64,000 nt of DNA from Candidatus Ornithospirochaeta stercoripullorum (GCA_017694595.1 JADIMT010000069.1:8713-72712); one strand, 5' to 3'. Positions 18,258-27,443 are shown, counted from the stretch's first letter. Made by a program: numbers and translations. The notes: a model not told the origin generated them from the sequence alone.

Positions 18258-19085
18258 TTATTTAGATGATCCAGTGATTCCTTCAACGAACTGACGCTGC
18301 ATAGTCAAGAAGACAATAATAATCGGCAACGTTGCCAGCACTATGGCAAGCATCAACTGACCATAATCCACGTAGTACGCAGAAGCCAATGACGAAAGCA
18401 GCAATGTAAATGTCTTCTTTTCATTCGTCTGAATGACGATAAGAGGCCATAGATAGTTATTCCATTGCTTCATGAAAGCATAGATTGCAGCTGCAGCAAA
18501 CGTTGACTTCATCGGCATCATCACGAGACGGAAGAAAATCACAAACTCATTCGCACCATCAACTCTGGCCGCTTCAATCAGTTCCGTCGGATACGACTGG
18601 AAATTCTGCCTGAAGAAGAACACAAGGAAAGGCATTGCGATTGTCGGCAGTATGATAGCTATATGCGAATTGAGCATATTCACCGAAGATGCCATTCTGA
18701 ACAGTGGAATCATCTGGGCTGAGAAAGGAATCATCATCGAAAACAAGAACGCTCCATAGACAATTGTCTTGCCTTTCGATGGGAACTTCTCAAAGCCATA
18801 GCCAGCCATAGCGCAGATAAGAACGGAAAGAACAGTATAGATCACTGTTGTCGATATAGTATTCCAAGCGATTCTAAGCACGCTGGCAGTATCTCTCAGA
18901 TTAGCCCAGTTCTCGCTGAGATTGCTCCCGAACCACATTCTACCCGATGTGATATCTATGCTTTCGTTCGTCGCGCCTGTAAGCATCCAGAAGAATGGGA
19001 AGATAGAAATAAACACAGCTATGAGAAGGAAAATATGGAGAACAACCCTTCCAGCTATCTTGAAACCTTTATCTTTTGTCATCAT
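18258..19085 (-). CDS. Carbohydrate ABC transporter permease (MalG-like)
   Basis: Six TM helices. The EAA loop is ELIEAARVDGANEFVIFFRLVMP. Confidence 0.9.
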   Translation of the reverse strand: MMTKDKGFKIAGRVVLHIFLLIAVFISIFPFFWMLTGATNESIDITSGRMWFGSNLSENWANLRDTASVLRIAWNTISTTVIYTVLSVLICAMAGYGFEKFPSKGKTIVYGAFLFSMMIPFSAQMIPLFRMASSVNMLNSHIAIILPTIAMPFLVFFFRQNFQSYPTELIEAARVDGANEFVIFFRLVMMPMKSTFAAAAIYAFMKQWNNYLWPLIVIQTNEKKTFTLLLSSLASAYYVDYGQLMLAIVLATLPIIIVFLTMQRQFVEGITGSSK

Positions 19086-19093
19086 TCACCTCC

Positions 19094-19981
19094 TCAGTCT
19101 CTCCTGCCAGCCACGCTGAACTGCAGTATCGCAAGAATAATCATCAAGAATACAACAACGTATGAAATCGCTGAGGCATACCCGAAATTAGGTGCATAGA
19201 CAAAAGACTGGTTGTATATGTACTGGGAGATCGTCAGCGTTGAATTTGCAGGACCTCCTTGTGTGATATTCATCGTCTCATCAAACAGCTGCAGCGTTCC
19301 GTTTGTCGACATGATAGCAGTGAGCAAAACAATCGGCTTAAGCTGTGGGATAGTTATCTTGAAGAACGTCTGAACGGAATTTGCACCGTCTACCTTTGCC
19401 GCTTCAAATGTCTCTTTCGGAATATTCTGCAGAGCTGCGAGATAGAAAATGACATTGTAGCCAGTCCATCTCCAGAGCATGGCTATGATGACAATCGCCC
19501 TTGCCCAGGTTGAATCCTGCAGATACTGATAAGGAGCATCAAGGATGCCAAGCTCGATAAGGACCATATTCACGATTCCATCGAGAGAAAACATCATCTT
19601 GAAAAGAATGGAATAAGCAACAAGAGATGTAACGCAAGGAAGGAATATCGAAGTTCTGAAAAATCCCTTCATGCGAAGTGCCGAACTGTTCAGCAGTGTT
19701 GCTATTATCAAAGCCATGAACAGCATGATAGGCACCTGGATTATCATATAAAGGAATGTATTTTTAAGTGACTGGAAGAATATAGCGTCACCAAACATCC
19801 TTTTGTAATTAGCCAGTCCTGCAAACGAGTATTTTCCGGCCTGAAAACTCTCGAATGAGAGCTTCAAGGAAGCAATTGCTGGATAGATTGTGAATATCAG
19901 ATATAGAGCGAAAGCTATAGATATGAACGCCCATCCATATTTATTGTAGTTTGGGCCTGCCTTTTTTCTTCCAATCATCAA
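19094..19981 (-). CDS. Carbohydrate ABC transporter permease (MalF-like)
   Basis: The EAA loop is FEAAKVDGANSVQTFFKITIPQLKP. Multiple TM helices. Confidence 0.9.
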   Translation of the reverse strand: MMIGRKKAGPNYNKYGWAFISIAFALYLIFTIYPAIASLKLSFESFQAGKYSFAGLANYKRMFGDAIFFQSLKNTFLYMIIQVPIMLFMALIIATLLNSSALRMKGFFRTSIFLPCVTSLVAYSILFKMMFSLDGIVNMVLIELGILDAPYQYLQDSTWARAIVIIAMLWRWTGYNVIFYLAALQNIPKETFEAAKVDGANSVQTFFKITIPQLKPIVLLTAIMSTNGTLQLFDETMNITQGGPANSTLTISQYIYNQSFVYAPNFGYASAISYVVVFLMIILAILQFSVAGRRD

Positions 19982-19999
19982 AAAACCTCCGGATTTGAC

Positions 20000-20026
20000 T
20001 TCCCGGATAGAAATGCTATCCGGGAA
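20000..20026 (-). promoter_or_regulatory. Perfect 11-bp intercistronic stem-loop between the binding-protein and permease genes
   Basis: TTCCCGGATAG-AAATG-CTATCCGGGAA. On the mRNA strand the permease SD GGAGG follows instead of a U-tract. Confidence 0.6.
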
Positions 20027-20036
20027 TAACTAAAAC

Positions 20037-21329
20037 TTATCTGCCTAACTGATTGTGAAGCTGGGCATCTGCCTGTGCCAACGCACCATCAACATCTGTT
20101 CTTCCTGCAAAAAGATTTGCAAGTGCTGTTGTGATAGCATCATTTGCTTCAGCAACATATCCGCCATAGTTAACAGGAATAACCTCTGGAAGAATCTCAG
20201 CAAAGAGTGCGTTGATCTTCTGTCCGCCAAAGAATGGATCCTCTGCATCGTATACTGATGTTGAGTAGCCTGGGATATAAGAGCCCATAGCGCCCTGGTT
20301 CAGCATGATTGTGTCATAGAAATCCGTATTTCCCTGCCATACAGTCTGCAGGAATTCAATAGCTTCGTCCTTCACATCTGAGTTTGCAAGAACATACCAG
20401 CTTGAACCACCAACGTTGGAAGCGTTGATAGACTCTGGGATATCTGCAATCCTTGGAATTCTTGTTGCTCTCCAAAGCCCACTCTGATCTTCCGCTGGTC
20501 TGAGTGAGGAGATGAACCATGGAGCATTTACAACGGAAGCGACTCTGCCATTGTTAAGAGCTGCAGCTCTTCCTTCTGTGCTTTCTGCCTCAAACAGGAT
20601 TCCTGCATCTCTCATCTCAAGAAGAATTTCCATAGCAGCTCTGAGAGAAGCATTGTTTGTGATGCTGATATCACCATTCTTGTCGAAGTACCACTCTCCG
20701 CAGGACTGCATGATAGCCCTGACAAGAGTCGTCTTATTGTTTGCAATCTCAACAATCATTGGGATACCAGTCTTTTCGAGGACATCCTTTCCGATTGCGA
20801 TGAACTCATCCCATGTCAGGTTCTGCATATCTTCCTCTGTATAACCAGCCTCTTCAATGAGATCCAAGCGATAATACAGTGCAGCAGCACCAGTATCAAA
20901 AGGAAGTCCATAGACTTTTCCATCCTGTGATACAGCATCAACCTTGAACTGCAGGAACTGCGAGAAGTCAAAAAGATCTGTCAAATCAACAAATGAGCCA
21001 GGGAATGTTGTAAGATACTTACCTGCGACGTAATCCTCAAGAAGCACGATATCAGGAAGGCCAGCTGTTCCACCGCCTGCAAGACCTGTCTGGAGCTTTA
21101 CAAAGACATCTTCCTTCGAGAAGCTCTCAACATCGATTGTGACACCCGAGTCAGGGTTAACCTGAGCATAGACTTCTGCAGCCTCTTTCATGACAGCTAC
21201 ATTGAAATTATCATCCCATGCCCATACTGTAATCGTCTTCTGTCCGTCATCAGCTTCAGCAGAACCTCCTGCGAAAACCATCGAGACAGCAAGGAGTGCG
21301 AGTGCGATTGTAATCAAACCTCTTTTCAT
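20037..21329 (-). CDS. ABC transporter extracellular solute-binding protein (family 1, sugar)
   Basis: I chose the ATG at 21329 (MKRGLITIALALLAVSMVFAGGS), preceded by GGAGGA. The TTG at 21341 in the track lies inside that SD. It has a signal peptide and an SBP_bac_1-like body. Confidence 0.85.
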   Translation of the reverse strand: MKRGLITIALALLAVSMVFAGGSAEADDGQKTITVWAWDDNFNVAVMKEAAEVYAQVNPDSGVTIDVESFSKEDVFVKLQTGLAGGGTAGLPDIVLLEDYVAGKYLTTFPGSFVDLTDLFDFSQFLQFKVDAVSQDGKVYGLPFDTGAAALYYRLDLIEEAGYTEEDMQNLTWDEFIAIGKDVLEKTGIPMIVEIANNKTTLVRAIMQSCGEWYFDKNGDISITNNASLRAAMEILLEMRDAGILFEAESTEGRAAALNNGRVASVVNAPWFISSLRPAEDQSGLWRATRIPRIADIPESINASNVGGSSWYVLANSDVKDEAIEFLQTVWQGNTDFYDTIMLNQGAMGSYIPGYSTSVYDAEDPFFGGQKINALFAEILPEVIPVNYGGYVAEANDAITTALANLFAGRTDVDGALAQADAQLHNQLGR

Positions 21330-21371
21330 TTTTTCCTCCAATCAGGCTAGAAGCCTGCTGTTTTCTTTAAA

Positions 21372-22394
21372 TCAACGCTGGACTCTACCAGTCCCGTTAC
21401 CATTCATAAGTGCTTTAACTTCACTTTCGGAAACATGGTTGAAATCCTGTTCTATCGTCTGTTTCAAACATGAAGCAGCCACTGCGAACTCGATAGCCTC
21501 TTGCTCGCTATATCCACTATGAAGAGCATGGATCAGAGCTCCGCCAAAGCTATCACCGCCACCTACCCTATCCACGATATGAATCAGATAGTTCTTAGAG
21601 AGATAGCTCCTGCCATTGGAATAAAGCATTCCAGCCCAGTTGTTGTCGTTTGCGGAAATCGATCCTCTAAGTGTTATTGCTACAGCTTTGCATCCAAAAC
21701 GCATGGAAAGCTCAGCTGCGACTTTCTCATAGCCTGCGGTGCTGATGGAACCTGATTCTACATCCGTATTCTCTGCTGTTATGCCAAAGACATCTGAAGC
21801 ATCCTCTTCATTGGCAATCAGGACATCAACATAAGGAACAAGCGCGCCCATGACTTCACCTGCCTTCTCCTTGGACCAGAGATTCTTTCTGTAATTCAAA
21901 TCACAGCTGATAGTCACACCAGCTTCTTTCGCTGCCTTGCACGCTTCGAGGCAGACAGAGGCAAGACTATCGCTGAGGGCTGGTGTTATGCCTGTAAAAT
22001 GGAACCAGTCCGCATCCTTGAAAATGCTCTTCCAATCGTAATCGGAAGCTGTTGACAACGAGATAGCTGAATACTTCCTGTCATATATGACTTTTGAAGC
22101 TCTCTGGCTTGCACCCTTCTCCACGAAGTAGATTCCAAGTCTGTCGCCACTTCTTTTTATCAAAGAAGTGTCAACGCCCCAGCGTCTTAGAGAATTAACA
22201 GCGCTTTGACCGATAAGGTTATCAGGAATGACAGAAACAAAAGCTGCATCCTCGCCATAATTTGCAAGCGAGACAGCAACATTCGCCTCTCCGCCAGCAT
22301 ATGAGGCTTCGAAATTCTCTGCTTGCACTATGCGAAGATATCCTGATGGATTGAGACGAAGCATCAATTCACCGAAACATATTACTTTACCCAT
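21372..22394 (-). CDS. kdgK: PfkB-family 2-dehydro-3-deoxy-gluconate/galactonate kinase
   Basis: MGKVICFGELMLRLNP...GGEANVA...DLNYR...GGGDSFGGALIH. I place the start at the ATG at 22394, overlapping the aldolase stop. Confidence 0.8.
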   Translation of the reverse strand: MGKVICFGELMLRLNPSGYLRIVQAENFEASYAGGEANVAVSLANYGEDAAFVSVIPDNLIGQSAVNSLRRWGVDTSLIKRSGDRLGIYFVEKGASQRASKVIYDRKYSAISLSTASDYDWKSIFKDADWFHFTGITPALSDSLASVCLEACKAAKEAGVTISCDLNYRKNLWSKEKAGEVMGALVPYVDVLIANEEDASDVFGITAENTDVESGSISTAGYEKVAAELSMRFGCKAVAITLRGSISANDNNWAGMLYSNGRSYLSKNYLIHIVDRVGGGDSFGGALIHALHSGYSEQEAIEFAVAASCLKQTIEQDFNHVSESEVKALMNGNGTGRVQR

Positions 22395-23064
22395 TGTTCT
22401 TTCCATCCTTCTTTCTGGAAGCTTCAACAAATGCTGCTGCAATAGCAGTTATTTGCGAGTAATCATCTTTTTCAATCAGATCATTGCGGACCAGGTTTGA
22501 TCCGATTCCACAACTGCAGAATCCACCATTGAGGAATGTCGAGACATTGTTCTCATCCACCCCGCCTACTGCCATCAAAGGTACATGACTAATCGGTCCC
22601 CTGATAGCTTTCATGTATGGCATACCAAGCACACCTGCTGGAAACAATTTGACGATATCAGCACCAGCATTCCATGCAGTAAGGATTTCAGATGGTGTGA
22701 ATGCTCCGGGGACAGAGACAATTCCCAGCCTCTTTACAGCGTTTATGACTGCGACATTGGTATCAGGAGAGAGTGCGAAATCAGCACCTGCCTCATGAGC
22801 GGCCTCTGCCTGTTCCACAGTAAGGACTGTGCCAGCACCAACACAGATCAGATTCCCCATCGCTTCCTTTACAGAAGAGATAGCAAAAGCCGTATCGCTG
22901 ATACAGGAAGAGGAAGACTGGTCAAAAGTTATTTCCAGCAGTTTTATTCCACCTGCTGCAAGAGCCTTCGCGACATCAACCATTTTCTCAGGCTTCACAT
23001 GCCTTGAAATAGCGACAATCTTATTTTCTTTGATAAATGAAACTATATCCATCTTTATCACCAT
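22387..23064 (-). CDS. KDPG/KDPGal (KHG) aldolase
   Basis: IVAISRH...GGIKLLEITF...VGAGTVL...VKLFPA. This is an Eda/DgoA-family class I aldolase. An alternative start is the ATG at 23052. Confidence 0.85.
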   Translation of the reverse strand: MVIKMDIVSFIKENKIVAISRHVKPEKMVDVAKALAAGGIKLLEITFDQSSSSCISDTAFAISSVKEAMGNLICVGAGTVLTVEQAEAAHEAGADFALSPDTNVAVINAVKRLGIVSVPGAFTPSEILTAWNAGADIVKLFPAGVLGMPYMKAIRGPISHVPLMAVGGVDENNVSTFLNGGFCSCGIGSNLVRNDLIEKDDYSQITAIAAAFVEASRKKDGKNNG

Positions 23065-24221
23065 TCAGCAATTGTGCCGTCATAGTTTCTCCATACTGGA
23101 TTCTTCCAGTCATGGCCTTTTGCTGACGCATCAACAACTCTTTGCTTATTGATTTCTATACCAAGTCCGGGCTTATCAGATATTTCGATGAAGCCATTTT
23201 CGAATTTGAACACAGCCGGATCCACAAGATAGTCAAGCAGATCTGTTCCCTTGTTGTAGTGAATGCCAAGGCTCTGTTCCTGGATAAAGACATTAGGTGT
23301 ACATGCATCAAGCTGCACACAAGCTGAAAGCGCAATTGGCCCAAGCGGACAATGCGGAGCAACAGCCATGTCATAAGCCTCTGCCATCGCAGCAATCTTC
23401 TTCACTTCGCTGATGCCACCAGCGTGCGAAAGATCAGGCTGGATGATATCTGCATATCCAGCTTCGAAAAGGGATTTGAAATCCCATCTACTGAACATTC
23501 TTTCACCAGTAGCGATTGGCGTGGATGTATGATTTGCAATCTCACGAAGCGCTTCATTGTTCTGAGGGAGCACTGGTTCTTCAATAAACATCAGATGATA
23601 TGGCTCGAGCGCATGCGCAAGAACTTTAGCCATCGTCTTGTGGACTCTGCCATGGAAATCAACAGCAATATCCATCTTATCGCCCATTGTGTCCCTTATA
23701 GTCTGGACACGCTTGCAGACCTCATCAATCTTGCTATAACTGTCAATGTAGTGCATCTCTTCTGTGCCATTCATCTTCACAGCAGTACAACCGCTCTCCC
23801 AAAGCGCTTTCACGCCATTTTCAAGATCGCCAGGCCTATCACCGCCGACCCAACTATATACACGAAGCTTGTCGCGGCATTTACCACCTAAAAGCTGATA
23901 TACAGGCGCACCGTAGTATTTTCCCTTGATATCCCACAGCGCCTGATCTATGCCGGCGATTGCACTCATGACCTCCGGACCACCGCGGTAGAATCCTGTT
24001 CTATACATTGCCTGCCAGATATCCTCAATCTTCATCGGATCATTGCCGATAAGATACCTTTCAAGCTCTTGTACAGCTGCTTTGACAGTCGCAGCTCTTC
24101 CTTCGATTACAGGCTCGCCCCATCCAGTTATGCCTTCATCAGTCTCCATCTCCAAGAAAAGCCATCTTGGCGGGACTATATACAGATTGATATGAGTTAT
24201 TTTCATTCTCTCCTCCGTCAA
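23058..24221 (-). CDS. dgoD: D-galactonate dehydratase (enolase superfamily)
   Basis: MKITHINLYIVPPRWLFLEMETDEGITGWGEPVIEGRA...FYRGGPEVMSAIAGIDQALWDIKGK is near-colinear with enterobacterial DgoD as I recall it. The likely start is the ATG at 24206. Confidence 0.9.
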   Translation of the reverse strand: MTEERMKITHINLYIVPPRWLFLEMETDEGITGWGEPVIEGRAATVKAAVQELERYLIGNDPMKIEDIWQAMYRTGFYRGGPEVMSAIAGIDQALWDIKGKYYGAPVYQLLGGKCRDKLRVYSWVGGDRPGDLENGVKALWESGCTAVKMNGTEEMHYIDSYSKIDEVCKRVQTIRDTMGDKMDIAVDFHGRVHKTMAKVLAHALEPYHLMFIEEPVLPQNNEALREIANHTSTPIATGERMFSRWDFKSLFEAGYADIIQPDLSHAGGISEVKKIAAMAEAYDMAVAPHCPLGPIALSACVQLDACTPNVFIQEQSLGIHYNKGTDLLDYLVDPAVFKFENGFIEISDKPGLGIEINKQRVVDASAKGHDWKNPVWRNYDGTIAEW

Positions 24222-24970
24222 ACGTAATCAAGATAAGGAACAATTTCCTCTACTCTCTCTGAGGCTTCCAGAAGCAAGGACTCAATCTCCTTACGCTTCT
24301 CCTCTGTGTACCTGAAAACCGGAATCCCCACGCTTATCGCGGCTGCGACTTTGCCATTCTTATGAATCGGACGGGCAATGCATCTGACTCCTATATTCGA
24401 TTCTTCGCATTCATACGCAAAACCTGTTGCCCGCACATCATCAAGCTGTGTTTTCAGCACATCGAAATCAGTGATGGTGTTTTCCGTCAACGCACGCAAT
24501 CCATCAGGGTAAATGCTGTGAAGCTGCTCGAGAGAAAAATCAGAGAGCAAAGCTTTTCCCAGAGCTGTGCCATAAGCTGGCAATGTCTTCCCTAACGCGG
24601 AGTACATCCTGATAGGCTGAGGAGACTCCACTTTAAGAAGGTAAAGTACTTCGCCTCCATCAAGCTTACTGAAGTGCGTTGTTTCTCCCGTCGCTTCGGT
24701 AAGTTCATTGAGGATAGCGGAAATGGATGAGAAAGAATTGTTCGATCCGATGAAGGGCATACCAGAAAGGAAGCAGCGCAGTCCTATCGAGTAAGTCTTG
24801 TTCTCCTGATTCATATCAAGAAAAGACGTTTCAACCAAGGTCTTCAATATTGGATAAATCGTGCTGCTCGGAATAGACAAAGCCTTCGAAATTCCGCTGA
24901 GTGTCAGCTCGCTATTGTGGCTAGCTATAAGATTGATAATCGATATTACCCTCATCGTTGGCGAATGCAT
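24218..24970 (-). CDS. IclR-family transcriptional regulator (paralogue 2)
   Basis: Its architecture matches 14932-15681 (MHSPTMRVISIINLI... versus MHKPTWRVVSILNYV...). I place the start at the ATG at 24970, which has GGAG 6 nt upstream and aligns with the paralogue start. Confidence 0.85.
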   Translation of the reverse strand: MHSPTMRVISIINLIASHNSELTLSGISKALSIPSSTIYPILKTLVETSFLDMNQENKTYSIGLRCFLSGMPFIGSNNSFSSISAILNELTEATGETTHFSKLDGGEVLYLLKVESPQPIRMYSALGKTLPAYGTALGKALLSDFSLEQLHSIYPDGLRALTENTITDFDVLKTQLDDVRATGFAYECEESNIGVRCIARPIHKNGKVAAAISVGIPVFRYTEEKRKEIESLLLEASERVEEIVPYLDYV

Positions 24971-24995
24971 CTTTAGCTCCATTCTTTTTGTATTT

Positions 24996-25010
24996 ACGAA
25001 ATAATTTCGT
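24996..25010. promoter_or_regulatory. Perfect palindrome ACGAAAT-A-ATTTCGT, candidate IclR operator
   Basis: The 7+1+7 inverted repeat lies 14 nt downstream of the -10 of the predicted promoter and 26 nt upstream of the iclR ATG. Confidence 0.4.
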
Positions 25011-25023
25011 TATTACGATGATA

Positions 25024-25051
25024 AGTTTATCATTTCCACCTTGTCTGTCAA
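25024..25051 (-). promoter_or_regulatory. Sigma70-like promoter of the iclR-dgoD operon (TTGACA-16-TAAACT)
   Basis: It has a consensus -35, a 16-nt spacer and a TAnnnT -10 on the minus strand. Confidence 0.45.
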
Positions 25052-25132
25052 GAAAAATCTGCATCGAAATAGAAAAAAGAAAACCTCGGTAAAAGAGGCT
25101 TTCTTTCTGTTAAAAATATGGATGCAGCTTAC

Positions 25133-25870
25133 TTAGTCTTCCACACCAAGCAGATTAACATCGAAAATCAACAAAGAATTTGGGCCAATGCCAGAAGGAG
25201 CATTCAAGCCATAGCCAAGCTCAGGCGGAATCCAGAAGCGATAACGATCACCGACTTTCATAAGCGCAACACCTTCCCTGAAACCAGGGATCATATCAGC
25301 GAGATTGAAAACTGAGGGTTCTCCTCTCTCATATGAAGAATCAGCAAGAGTACCATCGAGAAGTGTAAGCTTATAATGCAGTGTAACGGTAGAATCTGGA
25401 GAGGCTTCTTTGCCATTCCCTGATTCCAGTATCTCATATTGCAGACCTGAATCGGTGGTTACAACCCCATTACGCTGTCCATTCACATTCAGGAAGCTTT
25501 CAGCTACAGCAAGATTCTCCCTGCTGATGAGCTCAAGGCGTTCCTGAACTTCAGCCATCGCGCTGCGTTGATACTCAGATGCTATCCTTGACATCTCATC
25601 GGATGAGAAGAATGGTGAACCAGAACTGTAATCGAGTACGCCGCGGGCCACATATTGATAATCAATATCTTTGTAAATACCTGCGCTAGAAGCTAGCATA
25701 TAGCCAAAAACATAGCTGAATGAATCTTCAAGCTTTGCAGGTTTATCCAGGGAGTAGATACCGCTGGATACATCAGGTATAGCTTCTTCATCAGCGGAAA
25801 CCGCATTGCCCCTGCTGCATGAAACGAGAAGAACAGCAGCAAAGAGTAGTAAAAAAACTTTCTTCAGCAT
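25133..25870 (-). CDS. FKBP-type peptidyl-prolyl isomerase lipoprotein (FkpA/Mip-like)
   Basis: The lipobox is LLVSC. The C-terminal FKBP domain reads GLQYEILESGNG...VTLHYKLTLLDGT..DSSY...IPGFREGV..MKVGDRYRFWIPPELGYG. Confidence 0.85.
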   Translation of the reverse strand: MLKKVFLLLFAAVLLVSCSRGNAVSADEEAIPDVSSGIYSLDKPAKLEDSFSYVFGYMLASSAGIYKDIDYQYVARGVLDYSSGSPFFSSDEMSRIASEYQRSAMAEVQERLELISRENLAVAESFLNVNGQRNGVVTTDSGLQYEILESGNGKEASPDSTVTLHYKLTLLDGTLADSSYERGEPSVFNLADMIPGFREGVALMKVGDRYRFWIPPELGYGLNAPSGIGPNSLLIFDVNLLGVED

Positions 25871-25905
25871 CTCAAGTCGCCCTTCACTCCCACACCAGAG
25901 AAAGA

Positions 25906-26307
25906 TTAGCTCAAACTATTGCTCAGGTAAAGAAGAAACAAGCTGCTTTTCCATCTATCAGCCAATCTTTCCGCCCAGCGCTCAGTATAGAATGCATGGT
26001 AATCGCGTCCAACGGTACCAAGCGAGAACAATACGGCCCAGACAAAAGACGGAATCCCGATTACAAAAAGATACAAAGGACCAAGATATAGACTCTGCCT
26101 AGTATGTCCAAGCTCATGCAAAAGGACCTCACTGCTATGCGAGGCAGGCACAAAGCAGAACCAGCCAAGTGAGATGGATGAGGAAAGAGGCCATGCATAT
26201 ACACGTACCCTTCCCGCTTTTCTGATGAGTTTACCTCTTGTGAAGAGCAAAATGATGAAGCCAAGAACTATCTGGGGGAACTCCCATATGAAGAGAAACG
26301 CTCTCAT
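25906..26307 (-). CDS. Small membrane protein with an HExxH motif (LLHELGH)
   Basis: It has three to four hydrophobic helices and a single HELGH zinc-protease-like motif. The ATG at 26307 overlaps the MFS stop (ATGA). Confidence 0.5.
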   Translation of the reverse strand: MRAFLFIWEFPQIVLGFIILLFTRGKLIRKAGRVRVYAWPLSSSISLGWFCFVPASHSSEVLLHELGHTRQSLYLGPLYLFVIGIPSFVWAVLFSLGTVGRDYHAFYTERWAERLADRWKSSLFLLYLSNSLS

Positions 26308-27443
26308 GATTTGTCCTCCAAAAGCTTTCTGCAAACGAGAATGAAACACAGCAAAGCTAATCCAGCTACCGTGAAGACATTCTCTACGCCGACGCTATCA
26401 GCAAGAGGAGCGAAAAGCATCATGCCAAGCGGAACAGCAGATGTTCCAATGGCTGAAAAGAGTGCCATGCTCCGTCCCATTCTGCTTCCATCAGTACGTC
26501 TTTGCACTTCTGAAGCCATCGCGGCAGTATAGCGAGGAGATATCATACCAATCACCATATTGCAGCAGAGATAGAGAATGAAATATGGAGAGATGGAAAT
26601 CAGAATCATCATCAACGCATAAAAAACGAGAGAGATGATGATATCAGCCACGCTATTTCTGCTCCCTCTCAATGCAATCAGCAAGCCTCCTATTACCATA
26701 CCAAGACTATATGCAGCTTCAGAGAAAGAGAGCGATGAGGCGCTGGAAGAGAATGCTTGCGCAACAAGAAGCGGTGTCAGCGTAGCACCTGGCGCGACAA
26801 GGAAAAGCGATATACCATGGAAGAGGAAGATATTTCTCATCCTCTTTTCCTTCAGCAATGAGAACATCTCTCTTTTCTCATCATTCTTCTCCACGCTATA
26901 TTCAGGGACTTGCAATGGCAAGAGCAGCAGTATTGCGAAAAGCGCGCTTGCAGCATCTAGAAGAAGGAGCGCAGTAAGCCCTGCTGCTGGAAGCAGTACT
27001 CCAGCAGCAATCGGAGAGAGCAATGTCACTATCGATGACAGCAGTGCTTTAAGTCCATTGGCTTTCTCCAGCTTGCTATCTTCAACAAAGAACGGAACTG
27101 CGGAATCAACAGCTGGCGTCTGCAAGCCAGAGAATGCAGAACGTAGAGCTAATGCTATCATCAGGAAGAGAGTATCTGAATATGAAAATGCAAGAAGGAG
27201 CGCAATAATAGCTGAAAGACCATCCGAGAGGATTATCACAAGTTTTCTGTGCTTCTTATCTGACACTGATCCCGACAGAAGCATCAGCAATATCTGCGGG
27301 ATGAAAGAGGCTAATGTTGCCACTAAAAGCACTTTCCCAGATGAGTATCTGAGAGTGAGCATCCAGATTATCCCATACTGGGCAAGCGAAGAACCCAGCA
27401 AAGAGAGTGTCTGAGGAAGCAGGAAAAGCAATAACCTAGCCAC
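26304..27443 (-). CDS. MFS transporter
   Basis: The 379-aa protein has about 11-12 TM helices. The N-terminus is MFS_3-like (QTLSLLGSSLAQYGIIWML). Confidence 0.8.
   Translation of the reverse strand: MARLLLFLLPQTLSLLGSSLAQYGIIWMLTLRYSSGKVLLVATLASFIPQILLMLLSGSVSDKKHRKLVIILSDGLSAIIALLLAFSYSDTLFLMIALALRSAFSGLQTPAVDSAVPFFVEDSKLEKANGLKALLSSIVTLLSPIAAGVLLPAAGLTALLLLDAASALFAILLLLPLQVPEYSVEKNDEKREMFSLLKEKRMRNIFLFHGISLFLVAPGATLTPLLVAQAFSSSASSLSFSEAAYSLGMVIGGLLIALRGSRNSVADIIISLVFYALMMILISISPYFILYLCCNMVIGMISPRYTAAMASEVQRRTDGSRMGRSMALFSAIGTSAVPLGMMLFAPLADSVGVENVFTVAGLALLCFILVCRKLLEDKS

Noticed and set aside
21343-21357. CAGGCT-AGA-AGCCTG followed by a T-rich tract read as a plus-strand terminator
   Set aside because: No plus-strand gene ends here. 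On the coding (minus) strand it is an intercistronic hairpin without a U-tract, so it is reported only as a minor note under the 20000-20026 finding.
26635-27414. 259-aa plus-strand ORF
   Set aside because: It is entirely antisense to a well-supported MFS gene. The product is Ser/Ala/Pro-rich and low in complexity, which is typical of the reverse frame of a hydrophobic protein gene. It has no SD.
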